Assembly (NCBI GenBank): GCA_963771525.1
Contig: CAVYTL010000001.1
Coordinates: forward strand, 202,457 to 266,456
DNA length: 64,000 bases
Direction of reading: 5' to 3'
Origin: Vulcanimicrobiota bacterium
GTDB lineage: Bacteria > Vulcanimicrobiota > Vulcanimicrobiia > Vulcanimicrobiales > Vulcanimicrobiaceae
Every line of letters starts with the position of its first letter. Position 1 is the stretch's first letter. Shown piece after piece: positions 19,793 through 30,191 of the stretch. Position numbers and translations under genes: made by a program. The notes below the pieces were generated by a model. The model was given only the letters and a program-made list of their open reading frames with translations, searched no databases and was not told the DNA's origin.

Positions 19793-20640
19793 GGGCGCAC
19801 GTCACCGCCGGCGGATTCGGTGCGTGCGAAATCCGGGAGGGACTCGATGCGGCCGCGCCACCGCAGCGCTTCGACGTCGTCGAACAGCGGGATGTCGCTG
19901 CGCAGCGTCGCGAGCGTCCGAAAGAGCAACGCGCGGTCGTGGTCCCGCCGTAAGACGTCCGCCAACCTGGCCGTGCCCGCGACGTTGACGTTCCACGCGC
20001 GGGGATCCGCCGGAACGGTCTCGATGTGGCCGTATCGCGCGAGGACCGCGGCCGCGGATTTCGCGCCCCATCCGGGTAAGCCCGGAAACCCGTCGGCCGC
20101 GTCGCCGACGAGCGCCAGATAGTCCGGAATGCTCGCCGGCGGCACGCCGAACTTCGCGAAAACCCCCGCTTCGTCGAAGAACGTGCGCGTTCGCCGGCTG
20201 AGCTGCACGACGCGCGTCCCGCTCACGCACTGCGCGAGGTCTTTGTCCGGCGTGCAGATCACGACGCGCTCGACCCGCGGATCCGCCGCCGCGATCGCAG
20301 CGGCCGACGCCAGCGCGTCGTCCGCCTCGAACTCGACCATCGGCCACAGCGCGATGCCGGCCTCGGCCAGCGCCGCTTCGAGCAGCGGAAACTGTGCGAG
20401 CAGCGCCCGGTCGACGCCCGCGCCCGTCTTGTATCCCGGCCAGAGCGCGTTGCGGAAAGACTCGATGACGTGATCGGTCGCGACGCCGACGTGCGTCGCG
20501 CCGTCGCGAAAGAGCGCGCGGATCGAGGCCAGCACGCCGCGCACCGCCGCGATCTCGCGGCCCTGCGCATCCTGTGCCGCCGGCAGCGCGTAGAAGTGTC
20601 GAAACAGCTCGTACGTGCCGTCGACGACGTGAACGATCAC
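19789..20640 (-). CDS. Stand-alone 5'-3' exonuclease / flap endonuclease
   Basis: VVDGTYELFR, EADDAL, DKDLAQ, H3TH DYLALVGDAADGFPGLPGWGAKSA. Confidence 0.92.
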   Translation of the reverse strand: MIVHVVDGTYELFRHFYALPAAQDAQGREIAAVRGVLASIRALFRDGATHVGVATDHVIESFRNALWPGYKTGAGVDRALLAQFPLLEAALAEAGIALWPMVEFEADDALASAAAIAAADPRVERVVICTPDKDLAQCVSGTRVVQLSRRTRTFFDEAGVFAKFGVPPASIPDYLALVGDAADGFPGLPGWGAKSAAAVLARYGHIETVPADPRAWNVNVAGTARLADVLRRDHDRALLFRTLATLRSDIPLFDDVEALRWRGRIESLPDFARTESAGGDVRP

Positions 20641-20738
20641 CGCGCTTGCTTGCGACTTCACCCCGCACGCTTCCCGGTCGCCTGCTCGCACCGGCGGCCC
20701 ATCATGCGCGTCGCGAACTTCTATCCCGACGCCCGCCG

Positions 20739-20747
20739 TGCTATAAT
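20739..20747 (+). promoter_or_regulatory. sigma70/A extended -10 promoter of rpsB
   Basis: TGcTATAAT in GC-rich context about 115 nt upstream of rpsB. Confidence 0.8.
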
Positions 20748-20863
20748 CCCGGGGTTGCCCCGGGCTCCGGGGACCACTTCACCCGGCCGGAGGCCGGGGG
20801 CGAATGCGCTCATCACGGCGCCACGGACGGCGGCCGCGGGCTCAGAGAGGAACCATCACCATC

Positions 20864-21625
20864 GTGGCATCGGGCGTCACCATGCGCGCTCTTCTGGAGG
20901 CGGGAGTCCACTTCGGACACCAAACGCGCCGCTGGAATCCGAAGATGAAGCCGTACATCTTCCAGGAGCGGAACGGCATCTACATCATCGACCTGTCCAA
21001 GACGCTGTCGATGTTGAACCAGGTCTACGACGCGGTGAAACAGATGTCGCGCGAAGGACGCGTCATTCTGTTCGTCGGCACCAAGAAGCAGGCTCAGGAC
21101 GTCGTGCGCGAAGAGGCGGAGCGCGCCGGTACGTTCTACGTCAACCAGCGCTGGCTCGGCGGCACGCTGACCAACTTCGCGACGATCCAGAAGCGCATCA
21201 CGCGTCTGCGCGAGCTCGAGGGCATGCGTCAGCAAGGCACCTTCGACTTACTTCCCAAGAAGGAAGTCGCGCGGCTCACCGACGAGCTCGAGAAGCTCGA
21301 GAAGTTCCTCGGCGGCATCAAGGACATGCACCGTCTGCCGGACGCGATGTTCATCGTCGATCCGAAGAAGGAGCGCATCGCGGTCGCCGAGGCGCAGAAG
21401 CTGAAGATCCCGATCATCGCGGTGATCGACACGAACTGCGACCCGGACGAGATCAACTACGCGATCCCGGGCAACGACGACGCGATCCGCAGCGTCCGGC
21501 TCATGGTGTCGACGATCGCGAACGCGATCGTCGAAGGCAAGACCGAGACCGAATCCGCGTACGACGCGGCCGACTACGACCAGCAGTACGCCGAGCTCGC
21601 CGAGCCGGAACCCGTCGGCGCCTAA
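20864..21625 (+). CDS. rpsB: 30S ribosomal protein S2
   Basis: [44 protein letters not shown]. Confidence 0.99.
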   Translation: MASGVTMRALLEAGVHFGHQTRRWNPKMKPYIFQERNGIYIIDLSKTLSMLNQVYDAVKQMSREGRVILFVGTKKQAQDVVREEAERAGTFYVNQRWLGGTLTNFATIQKRITRLRELEGMRQQGTFDLLPKKEVARLTDELEKLEKFLGGIKDMHRLPDAMFIVDPKKERIAVAEAQKLKIPIIAVIDTNCDPDEINYAIPGNDDAIRSVRLMVSTIANAIVEGKTETESAYDAADYDQQYAELAEPEPVGA

Positions 21626-21652
21626 CCCGACACGTCAGCGAACAGAAGACGA

Positions 21653-22264
21653 GTGGAAACCACCGCAGCCTACAAACCGACGGCGGACGAGATCAAGCGC
21701 CTGCGCGAGGAGACCGGCGCCGGCATGTCCGACGTGCGCAACGCGCTGATCTGGGCGAACGGCGACGTCGAGCGCGCGAAGGCGCGGCTCGGCGAGCTCG
21801 GTCAGGCCAAGGCCGAGAAGAAGGCGGAGCGTTCGGCGAACGAAGGCCTCGTCGGCTCGTACATTCATGCCGGGGGCAAGATCGGCGTCCTCGTCGAGCT
21901 CAACTGCGAGACGGACTTCGTCGCGCGCAACGAGCGCTTCAAGGAGCTCGTGCGCGACGTCGCGATGCACGTCGCCGCGATGTCCCCGCAGTACCTCGAA
22001 CGCGCGGCCGTCCCGGAGAGCGTTCTCGCCGAGGTGAAGGCGGAGCTCGAGAAGACCGTGCCGCCCGGCAAGCCGCCCGAGGTCGTCGAGAAGATCCTCT
22101 CCGGCAAGCTGCACAAGTGGTACGAGGAGCACACGCTGCTCGAGCAGCCGTTCGTCAAGGACGACTCGCAGACGGTCGGTGAGCTCGTGAAGAGCGTGTC
22201 CGGCGTGCTCGGCGAGAAGCTCGAGGTCCGCCGCTATGTGAAGTTCGCCCTGGGCGACGAGTAG
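21653..22264 (+). CDS. tsf: Translation elongation factor Ts (short form)
   Basis: IKRLREETGAG, EGLVGSYIH, ELNCETDFVA, LLEQPFVKD. Confidence 0.98.
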   Translation: METTAAYKPTADEIKRLREETGAGMSDVRNALIWANGDVERAKARLGELGQAKAEKKAERSANEGLVGSYIHAGGKIGVLVELNCETDFVARNERFKELVRDVAMHVAAMSPQYLERAAVPESVLAEVKAELEKTVPPGKPPEVVEKILSGKLHKWYEEHTLLEQPFVKDDSQTVGELVKSVSGVLGEKLEVRRYVKFALGDE

Positions 22265-22269
22265 CGCCC

Positions 22270-22293
22270 CGGGGCGACCCGTGCCCCGTTCTT
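22270..22293 (+). terminator. Possible intrinsic terminator after tsf
   Basis: CGGGGC-N7-GCCCCG hairpin followed by TTCTT. Confidence 0.45.
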
Positions 22294-22380
22294 CATGTCT
22301 GCCTCGTTGTGCTGGGTAAGAACGCGTGCTAAGCTGGGGACCCCTCGGTGGCGGTGGCGGTGGCGCGGGAGGCTCGGGGC

Positions 22381-25300
22381 ATGGCCGATATCGACGTCCT
22401 CATGGTGACGGACGGTTCGCGTTTCAACTTCGGAACGCAGCCGCCGGTGAGCAACCCGGACTTCTTCGGGCTCAGCGCGATCGTCGCGGCGCTTCGCGGC
22501 AGCACGACGCCGACGATCAACGTCGACACGGCGCACCGCCGGGGCGCAACCTTCTCGGCCGCCAACAATCCCGACCCGTCCAACACGCTGTGGGTCGACA
22601 CGTCGGTGAACCTGACGTATTCGGGCGACTTCCTGTTCACGAGCATCGAGCTCGAACAGTACGACGTCATCTGGCTGATCGGCGACGAGGGGTACAACGG
22701 AGGCGCGCTCGGCACGACCGCCGACAAGAAGCTCGGCAGCGCGGAATGGACGGCGCTCGCGACGTTCATGCAGCAAGGCGGCGGACTCTTCGCGGTCGGC
22801 GATCACGACGGCATCGGACAGTACATGTGCGGCATGCTGCCCCGCGTGCGCGTCATGCGGCGGTGGTTCTTCTCGACGAATTTCGACAGCGACCCGACGT
22901 TCGCGCAGTTCGTGCCGAATTGGTCGTCGGTCGGCACGGCGACGAGCACCTCCGGAACCGATCGCTTCGACACGCTGCAGCCGGACAGCCTCGACGGCAA
23001 CTTCTACTTCGTCGATCAGTCCGATCCGATCCCGCAACCGCTCAAGACCGGCACCGGCGCGCTCTTGTCGGCGTCGGGCACGATTCATTCGGTCCTGCGC
23101 GCGATGGACGGCACGACGATCGCGAACTTCCCCGATCACATGCACGAGGGCGAGGCGACCGATTTCGCCTCGGTCTCGTCGGGCGTGCCGTTCGAGCCCA
23201 ACGACAGCCACGGCAATCCCAACGCCGTCGCGTACACGAACGCGTTCTTCGTCGAGGTCGTGCCGTCGAGTCAGGCCGGATCGTTCGTCGAGTTCCCCAT
23301 CGCCGGCGGGTTCCAGCCGCAACCGGAGGTCGTCGCGTACGGCACCGACTCCGGGCACGGGACGTACCTTCAGGGAGATGGGCCGCCCAGCCCGCCCTCG
23401 TTGAATCCGTCCAACCCGAAGACGCGCGGCGTGCTGAGCGTCTACGACGGATACGCGGCCGGCGTCGGCCGCGTCATGACCGGATCGACCTTCCACCACT
23501 ACATGAACAAGAATCTGGTCGGCGACCCACTGACCCAGTCGACGACGCCCGGTGTCGGGCCGACCGGCTCGAATCTCGGCTTGCAATTGCCGGACTTCGA
23601 CGGCTCGGACCCGAGTCAGCCGTCGGCGATCTCGTCGTTCTACATCAACGCCGTCACCTGGCTCGCACGGCCGCGGCCGAACTTCTACTTCCTGACCGCG
23701 AAGAACACGTTCGGCAGCGACGAGTCGCAAGACGGCGGGATCTTCTCCGATGCATTCTACGTGGTGCTCGAGGGCTTCGCCCCCAGCGTCGTCGGCAACC
23801 CGGCGATCGCACTGTCCGGGCCGTTCAAGGACACGCTGGCGACGTTCCAGCAGCAGACGGCGATCTTCAGCGGCAGCGCGACGACGCCTCAGCGCATTCT
23901 CTTTCCTTTCACCGTCTCGTCGATTCCGGCCGGAGCGTTCCCCGCTCCGACCCAGCCGCCGAAGACGCTGGTGCTCGAAGCGGGACTGACGGTGGGCACG
24001 ACCCCGTTCGCGTGTGAGGCGCTCTTCGAGCTGATCCCCGGCGCGGATCCATTCTTCACGAACGTCGACCCGACCGTCGACAACGAGTTCTATTTGAGCG
24101 AGGACCTGCGCGTCGTTCAGGTCACGCCGGGCTTTCTGCCGATACCGTTCGGGCTGACGTTCCCGTCGGGTCCGGACGCGGGGTTCATCTTCGTTCAATC
24201 GCTGCTGGCCTATCTGAACGATGCCGGCAACGGCTTCCGCACGCAGGGCGGTGCGGATCCGTTCGCGACGCTCGCCGAGCACAACGACCTGACCGAAGCG
24301 TCGTCGATCGTGCCGAGCGTGCTCGTTTTCCCGAACGTCCTCCCGAGTTACAACTTCGCGATCGCGCGCGTGCGCATTCGCGGAAGCGCCCCCGCCACCG
24401 ACGTGCGCGTGTTTTTCCGCATGTTCGCGACACAGACGAACGACACGGACTACGCGCCGGAGACGACGTACTTGAGCGTGCCGGACGCGGCCGGCCTGCC
24501 CAACTGGCCGCTGCCGGGCACCGGTGGTACGAGCTTCCCGTTCTTCGCCTCGGCCGGCGGGCCCGCGACCGACTACCCGGGGCCGAACGAGCAGTCCTCG
24601 ATCGCCGGAGACGGCTCGCAAAACGAGACGTGGACGTATTTCGGCTGCTATCTGAACGTCTACGACATGCCGGCGTCGACGTTCCCCGGCACGCATCATT
24701 GTCTGGTCGCGCAGATCGCGTACGACGCGGCGCCGATCGTGAACTCGAACGGCATCACCCTCAGCCCGGAGAACTCGGACAAGCTCGCGCAGCGCAACAT
24801 CCAGATCACGCCGTCCGGGAATCCAGGCGGGCCGCTCGCGCATCGCGTTCCGCAAACGTTCGACCTTCGGCCGAGCGTGCGCAGCACCGCCAAGCTCGGC
24901 TCGCTCGCCGGATATCCCGACGAGCTCATGATCGACTGGGGCCGCATCCCGGCGGGCAGCGTGGCGAGCATCTACTGGCCGCAGGCGCCGGCGTCCGAGA
25001 TCGTGCGACTGGCGATACTGCTCTATGCCTCGGACGGTTTTTCCGTCGTGGACGAGCACACCGTGCGGTTCTCGGTCGCGAACCGCACGACGTACGTTCC
25101 GATTCCGTTCGGCACCGGGCCGAACTTCGCGGGTCTCTTGACGATCGATCTTCCCGAGGGCGTGAAGAAGGGAGGGGAGTTCGAGGTCGTGGTTCGGCGC
25201 GTGCGCACGCGCGGCACGCCGCAACACCCGACGAATGCGCCGGCGCAGATCGACGCGCGCGCCGTGCGCGGCTCGACCCCGCGCGACTGGCGCTATGTCG

Positions 25301-25785
25301 TCGGCACGTTCCAGGTCACGATTCCCGTCTCCACCGAAGAGACGCTGCTGCTTCCCGAAGAGAACACGCTGGCGATCATGAAGTGGCGGCTCCAGCATAC
25401 GGCGGCGACGAGTCGCTGGCATCCGGTTCTGGAACGCTATGTCGCGTACTTGGCAGGCCGCGTCACCGGATTCGGCGGCGATCCCGGGACGATCGTTCCG
25501 TCGCCGACCGGGGTCCCGTTGAGGCCGGGAAAACCATCCGGGCCGGGTGCGCCCGGCCGAGCGTGGGAGGAGTGCACCGGCAAGGTGTGCGAGGTGATCT
25601 TCGACTGCTTCGGCGACTTCGAGGGCTTCGTGCTCGACACGTGCTCGGCGAGACAGCGCTTCTTCTCGCGCGAAAAGCAAATCGGCACGCTCGTGCTGCG
25701 CGCGTGCAAGGAGCGATTCGTTCTTTCGGTCTTCTTCGCGCCCGGGGGCGAGCGGCGAATCCGCCGGCTCGTCGTGCGAGAGTAG
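22381..25785 (+). CDS. Large multidomain hypothetical protein (1134 aa)
   Basis: GGAGG before ATG 22381; normal protein composition; GATase-like segment DVIWLIGD..FMQQGGGLFAVGDH; His-rich motifs PDHMHEGE, STFHHY, HHCLVAQI. Confidence 0.85.
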   Translation: MADIDVLMVTDGSRFNFGTQPPVSNPDFFGLSAIVAALRGSTTPTINVDTAHRRGATFSAANNPDPSNTLWVDTSVNLTYSGDFLFTSIELEQYDVIWLIGDEGYNGGALGTTADKKLGSAEWTALATFMQQGGGLFAVGDHDGIGQYMCGMLPRVRVMRRWFFSTNFDSDPTFAQFVPNWSSVGTATSTSGTDRFDTLQPDSLDGNFYFVDQSDPIPQPLKTGTGALLSASGTIHSVLRAMDGTTIANFPDHMHEGEATDFASVSSGVPFEPNDSHGNPNAVAYTNAFFVEVVPSSQAGSFVEFPIAGGFQPQPEVVAYGTDSGHGTYLQGDGPPSPPSLNPSNPKTRGVLSVYDGYAAGVGRVMTGSTFHHYMNKNLVGDPLTQSTTPGVGPTGSNLGLQLPDFDGSDPSQPSAISSFYINAVTWLARPRPNFYFLTAKNTFGSDESQDGGIFSDAFYVVLEGFAPSVVGNPAIALSGPFKDTLATFQQQTAIFSGSATTPQRILFPFTVSSIPAGAFPAPTQPPKTLVLEAGLTVGTTPFACEALFELIPGADPFFTNVDPTVDNEFYLSEDLRVVQVTPGFLPIPFGLTFPSGPDAGFIFVQSLLAYLNDAGNGFRTQGGADPFATLAEHNDLTEASSIVPSVLVFPNVLPSYNFAIARVRIRGSAPATDVRVFFRMFATQTNDTDYAPETTYLSVPDAAGLPNWPLPGTGGTSFPFFASAGGPATDYPGPNEQSSIAGDGSQNETWTYFGCYLNVYDMPASTFPGTHHCLVAQIAYDAAPIVNSNGITLSPENSDKLAQRNIQITPSGNPGGPLAHRVPQTFDLRPSVRSTAKLGSLAGYPDELMIDWGRIPAGSVASIYWPQAPASEIVRLAILLYASDGFSVVDEHTVRFSVANRTTYVPIPFGTGPNFAGLLTIDLPEGVKKGGEFEVVVRRVRTRGTPQHPTNAPAQIDARAVRGSTPRDWRYVVGTFQVTIPVSTEETLLLPEENTLAIMKWRLQHTAATSRWHPVLERYVAYLAGRVTGFGGDPGTIVPSPTGVPLRPGKPSGPGAPGRAWEECTGKVCEVIFDCFGDFEGFVLDTCSARQRFFSREKQIGTLVLRACKERFVLSVFFAPGGERRIRRLVVRE

Positions 25786-25887
25786 GGCCGCCGAAGCCCG
25801 GCTTGCCGGGCGAGCGGTCCGGCCGGCACCATGCGTGCCGACGGGCGGGGCGGTGCGTCCGGGGCGCATCGCGAAGCCCGCCCCCCG

Positions 25888-26643
25888 ATGCCCGCGCCCG
25901 CCTACGAACGCGTTCTCCTCAAGCTGTCCGGCGAGGCGTTCGCCGGGCGCGGCGGCAGCGTCGACATCGACACGACCACCGCGATGGCGCGCGAGATCGC
26001 GGCCGTGCACGCCGACGGCGTCACGACCGCGGTCGTCGTCGGGGGCGGCAACATCTGGCGGGGCAAGGTGCACGAAGCGGCCGGGATGGAGCGCGCGACC
26101 GCGGACTACATGGGCATGCTCGCGACCGTGATCAACGCGCTCGCGCTGCAGGACGCGCTCGAGAGCATCGGGGTGCAGTCGCGCGTGCAGACGGCGATCG
26201 CGATGAACGCGATCGCCGAGCCGTACATCCGGCGCAAGGCGATCCGCCATCTGGAGAAGGGCCGCGTCGTGATCTTCGCGGCGGGCACCGGCAACCCGTA
26301 CTTCACGACGGATACGACGGCGGCGCTGCGCGCGGTGGAGATCGGCGCGCAGGCGATCCTCAAGGCGACGAAGGTCGACGGCGTGTACAGCGCCGATCCG
26401 TTCAAGGACCCCTCGGCGACGCGCTTCACGCAGCTCGACTATCTGCGCGTGCTGGAGCTCGGTCTCGAGGTGATGGACTCCACCGCGCTGACGCTGTGCA
26501 TGGACAACGCCCTGCCGATCGTGATCTTCGACATGAACGTGCCGGGCAACATCCGGCGCGTCGTCATGGGCGAGACGATCGGCACGACGGTCTCACGGAG
26601 TGCGGCGCGCCTCCGCGGCGAAGAGGTCGGCCATGCTCGATGA
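25888..26643 (+). CDS. pyrH: Uridylate kinase
   Basis: [39 protein letters not shown]. Confidence 0.99.
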   Translation: MPAPAYERVLLKLSGEAFAGRGGSVDIDTTTAMAREIAAVHADGVTTAVVVGGGNIWRGKVHEAAGMERATADYMGMLATVINALALQDALESIGVQSRVQTAIAMNAIAEPYIRRKAIRHLEKGRVVIFAAGTGNPYFTTDTTAALRAVEIGAQAILKATKVDGVYSADPFKDPSATRFTQLDYLRVLELGLEVMDSTALTLCMDNALPIVIFDMNVPGNIRRVVMGETIGTTVSRSAARLRGEEVGHAR

Positions 26644-27190
26644 CGTCTACCGCGACACCGAAGCGCGCATGAAGAAGGCGGTCGAGGCGACCACCAGCGA
26701 CTTCGCCTCGATCCGGACCGGACGCGCCTCGCCGGCGCTCCTCGACCGCATCCAGGTCGAGGCGTACGGCTCGACGCAGCCGCTGAAGGCGGTCGCGAGC
26801 GTGAACTCGCCCGACGGACGGTCGCTGCTCGTGACCGCGTTCGACAAGAGCGTCGTCGGCGCGATCCGCAAGGCGATCGAGACGAGCGATCTCGGGCTGA
26901 ACCCGAACGTCGACGGCGCCGCGATTCGCCTGTCGATCCCGCCGCTCACCGAAGAGCGGCGCAAAGACCTCGTCAAGCTGATCAAAAAGAAATCCGAAGA
27001 GCACAAGGTCGCGGTGCGCAACGTCCGGCACCACGGCAACGATCAGGTCAAGGAGCTCGCGAAGAAGGGCACGATCACCGACGATCAGATCAAGCGCGCC
27101 ACCGAACAGATCCAGAAGCTCACGGACAAGTACGTCAAGCAGATCGACGACCTCGTCCTCGGCAAGGAGAAGGAGATAATGGAAGTCTAG
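26633..27190 (+). CDS. frr: Ribosome recycling factor
   Basis: [32 protein letters not shown]. Confidence 0.99.
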   Translation: MLDDVYRDTEARMKKAVEATTSDFASIRTGRASPALLDRIQVEAYGSTQPLKAVASVNSPDGRSLLVTAFDKSVVGAIRKAIETSDLGLNPNVDGAAIRLSIPPLTEERRKDLVKLIKKKSEEHKVAVRNVRHHGNDQVKELAKKGTITDDQIKRATEQIQKLTDKYVKQIDDLVLGKEKEIMEV

Positions 27191-27402
27191 TGACTTCCGC
27201 GCCGGACGATCTCGTGATGCTCCCTTGGCGCCGCGCCCTCGCGAAGCTCGGCGACCGTCCCGTCCGTTTCCGCGTGCTCGCCCCGCCGTTTCCCGCCGCA
27301 GGCGTCGGCGTTCTGCGCGCGCTGCGCGTCGGCGCCCTCGAGGGTGCACACGACGGCGCGTGGGAACTGCTGGCCGGCTACGATGGCTACCAGCGCCTCT
27401 GA
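27190..27402 (+). CDS. Small hypothetical protein between frr and uppS
   Basis: 70-aa ORF filling the gap, overlapping the frr stop and the uppS start. Confidence 0.55.
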   Translation: MTSAPDDLVMLPWRRALAKLGDRPVRFRVLAPPFPAAGVGVLRALRVGALEGAHDGAWELLAGYDGYQRL

Positions 27403-28120
27403 GCTGCGCGCGCTCGAGCGCGCCGCGTTGCCGCGTCACGTCGCGATCATCATGGACGGAAACCGCCGCTGGGCGCGCGCTCGCCGGCTGCCCGCGATCG
27501 AGGGCCACCGCCGCGGGATCGTCGCGCTGCGCGAGATCGTGCGCGCGGCGAGCGACTGGGGCATCCCGATGCTCACCGTCTTCGGCTTCTCGACGGAGAA
27601 CTGGAAGCGCGACAAGACCGAGATCTCGCTGCTGCTCGACCTGTGCGTCTACTTCGCGCGCACGGAGCTCACGGAGCTCTGCCGCAACGACGTCCGCGTG
27701 CGCATCATCGGGCGCTACGAACAGCTGCCGCGCGCGTCGAAGGACGCGCTCGACGGGCTGGTGGCGCAGACGGCGAACAACCGAGGTCTCGTGCTGAACC
27801 TGGCGGTGAACTATTCCGCGCGCAGCGAGGTGCGCGACGCCGTCGTGCGGATGATGCGCGACGTGCAGGAAGGCGCGCTCGACGCCGCCGCGATCGAGGA
27901 TGATACGCTGGCGGCCTATCTGAGCACCGCCGGCATGCCGGATCCGGACCTGCTGGTTCGGCCCGGCGGCGAGTCGCGGCTGTCGAACTTTCTGCTGTAC
28001 CAGGTGGCGAACGCGGAGCTCGTGATGCGCGACGCGTTCTGGCCCGACTTCGACCGCGACGCCTTCGCGGGAGCGATCGCCGAGTTCCAGGCGCGCCGCC
28101 GCGCGCGCGGCGAGGCATGA
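27383..28120 (+). CDS. uppS: Undecaprenyl diphosphate synthase
   Basis: PRHVAIIMDGNRRWA, FSTENWKR, DPDLLVR..GESRLSNFLL, WPDF. Confidence 0.97.
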   Translation: MATSASELRALERAALPRHVAIIMDGNRRWARARRLPAIEGHRRGIVALREIVRAASDWGIPMLTVFGFSTENWKRDKTEISLLLDLCVYFARTELTELCRNDVRVRIIGRYEQLPRASKDALDGLVAQTANNRGLVLNLAVNYSARSEVRDAVVRMMRDVQEGALDAAAIEDDTLAAYLSTAGMPDPDLLVRPGGESRLSNFLLYQVANAELVMRDAFWPDFDRDAFAGAIAEFQARRRARGEA

Positions 28121-28998
28121 CGACGACCGCGGCGTCCGCCACGCCGGCCGCATCGGCGCAGGCGCCGAAGAAGAAGCCGGCCGTCGGCGTCCGCCGCGTC
28201 GTGATCGGCCTGATGCTGGCGGCCGTAGGGTTCGGCGCGCTCGCATGGGCACCGGCGTTCACCGTCTTCGTCCTGCTCGCGGCATCCGGCTGCACGTACG
28301 AGCTCGCCGGCCTTTCGACGCGTAAGGGCACCGCGCTCGTCCTGCCCGTCGCGATGGCGGCGGTGTGGGCCTACGTCCTGCTCACGCACTTCGGGCTGAT
28401 CCACCGCTACGAGGGCATTCTGCTCGCCGGAACCGTCATCGTGGCGCTCGCGACCGCAACCTTCACCGCTTCGTCCGGCTACCTCGCGCGCAGCGGCTAC
28501 ACGCTGCTCGGGGTGCTCTACATCGGTAAGCTGCTCACGTACTTCATCGCGATCCGCGCGCTGCACGACGGCGTGCTGTGGACCGCGTGGGTCATCGTGC
28601 TGATCGCATTCACCGACATCTTCGCGATGCTCGTCGGCAGCGCGCTCGGCCGCCATCAGCTCACGCGGCTCTCACCGAAGAAGACGGTTGAAGGCGCCGT
28701 CGGCGGGCTCATCGCCGCGCTCGCCGCCGGCGCCGCGATCGCGTTCGTACCCGCGCTGCACCTGACGTGGTGGCAGGGCATGATCGTTGCGGCGATCACC
28801 TCGATCGCCGCGCAAGCCGGCGACCTCGTCGAGAGCGCGCTCAAGCGCGACGCCGACGTGAAGGATGCCGGCTCCCTGATCTCCGGCCACGGCGGCGTCC
28901 TCGACCGCTTCGACTCGTTCATCTTCGGCGGCGTCGCATTCTACTTCGCGCTGTACCTGATCGGCGTCATCACCGAAAACCGCCTGGTGGGAACGTAG
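28117..28998 (+). CDS. cdsA: Phosphatidate cytidylyltransferase
   Basis: SPKKTVEG, GDLVESALKR..KDAG..GHGGVLDRFDS; multiple TM segments. Confidence 0.96.
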   Translation: MTTTAASATPAASAQAPKKKPAVGVRRVVIGLMLAAVGFGALAWAPAFTVFVLLAASGCTYELAGLSTRKGTALVLPVAMAAVWAYVLLTHFGLIHRYEGILLAGTVIVALATATFTASSGYLARSGYTLLGVLYIGKLLTYFIAIRALHDGVLWTAWVIVLIAFTDIFAMLVGSALGRHQLTRLSPKKTVEGAVGGLIAALAAGAAIAFVPALHLTWWQGMIVAAITSIAAQAGDLVESALKRDADVKDAGSLISGHGGVLDRFDSFIFGGVAFYFALYLIGVITENRLVGT

Positions 28999-29045
28999 GT
29001 GAGGGTGATGGAGCGAGCGCAGCGGTGCGGTGCCTGGTCGCCGGA

Positions 29046-30182
29046 ATGAAGTGCGTCGCCATTCTCGGCAGCACGGGGTCGATCGGGCGTCAGGCGCTGG
29101 ACGTCGTGGCGCGCCATCCCGATCGCTTCGAAGTCGTCGCGCTCGCCGCCGGGAAGAACGTCGAGCTGCTCGCCCAGCAGGTCGAACGGTTCCGTCCGGG
29201 CGTCGTCGCGGACGCGCGCGACGGCGCGCCGGGCTTGCACCGCGTCGCCTGCGAGAGCGGCGCCGACATCGTGCTCGCCGCGACCGACGGCGCCGTCGCG
29301 TTCGATGCGGTCTTCGCCGCGGTCGACCGCGGCATCGACGTCGCGGTCGCCAACAAGGAGCTGATCGTCGCGGCGGGCGAGCTGCTCGTCGCGCACGCCG
29401 CGCGCAGCGGCGCGCAGCTGCTGCCCGTCGACTCGGAGCACTCCGCGATCTTCCAGTGCCTGCACGGCGCGCCGCCCGATCGCATCGCGTCGATCATCAT
29501 CACGGCGTCGGGCGGACCGTTCTGGAATGCCTCGCGCGAGACGATCGAGCGCGCGACGCTGCAGGATGCGCTGGCGCACCCGACGTGGCGAATGGGCGTG
29601 AAGAACACGATCGACTCGGCGACGCTGATGAACAAGGGCCTCGAGGTCATCGAGGCCGCGAAGTGGTTCGCCGTGCCGGGCGAGTGCGTGCACGTGCTCG
29701 TCCACCGCACGTCGGTCGCGCACGGCTTCGTCGTCTTCACCGACGGCAACGTCCTCGGACAGATCGCCGCCCCCGACATGCGGCTGCCGATCGGCTACGC
29801 GCTGGCCTACCCCGACCGGCTCGACGACCGCCCGCTCAGCGACGACGCGATCGAAGCCCTCGGGGGCGAGCGCGGCGCCCCCGCCACGGCACTTGGGTTC
29901 GAGCGGCCCGATCTCGAGCGATTCCCGTGCCTGCGGCTCGCCTACGAGGCGCTGGCGGCCGGGGGAACCGCGCCCGCGGTGCTCTCGGCGGCGAACGAGG
30001 TCGCCGTGGCGGCCTTCGTGGCGGGCGAGATCCGGTTCGGAGACATCCCCTCATGCATCGAAACGGTGCTCCAACGGGTCGATACGAACAATGTGAGCCT
30101 CGACGCCGTACGCCGGGCGGACCGGGAGGCGCGAGACGCCGCGCGCGCGTTCATCGTTGACCGTATGACCGCGAGGCCCTGA
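29046..30182 (+). CDS. dxr: 1-deoxy-D-xylulose 5-phosphate reductoisomerase
   Basis: ILGSTGSIG, ANKE, PVDSEHSAIFQC, TASGGPF, DSATLMNKGLE. Confidence 0.98.
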   Translation: MKCVAILGSTGSIGRQALDVVARHPDRFEVVALAAGKNVELLAQQVERFRPGVVADARDGAPGLHRVACESGADIVLAATDGAVAFDAVFAAVDRGIDVAVANKELIVAAGELLVAHAARSGAQLLPVDSEHSAIFQCLHGAPPDRIASIIITASGGPFWNASRETIERATLQDALAHPTWRMGVKNTIDSATLMNKGLEVIEAAKWFAVPGECVHVLVHRTSVAHGFVVFTDGNVLGQIAAPDMRLPIGYALAYPDRLDDRPLSDDAIEALGGERGAPATALGFERPDLERFPCLRLAYEALAAGGTAPAVLSAANEVAVAAFVAGEIRFGDIPSCIETVLQRVDTNNVSLDAVRRADREARDAARAFIVDRMTARP

Positions 30183-30191
30183 TCGGAGACC

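Noticed and set aside
22234-26250. 1338-aa minus-strand ORF and other long Arg/Ala-rich ORFs (e.g. 34247-37348, 2109-4559, 62083-63795)
   Set aside because: Shadow frames of real genes caused by high GC; no recognisable motifs
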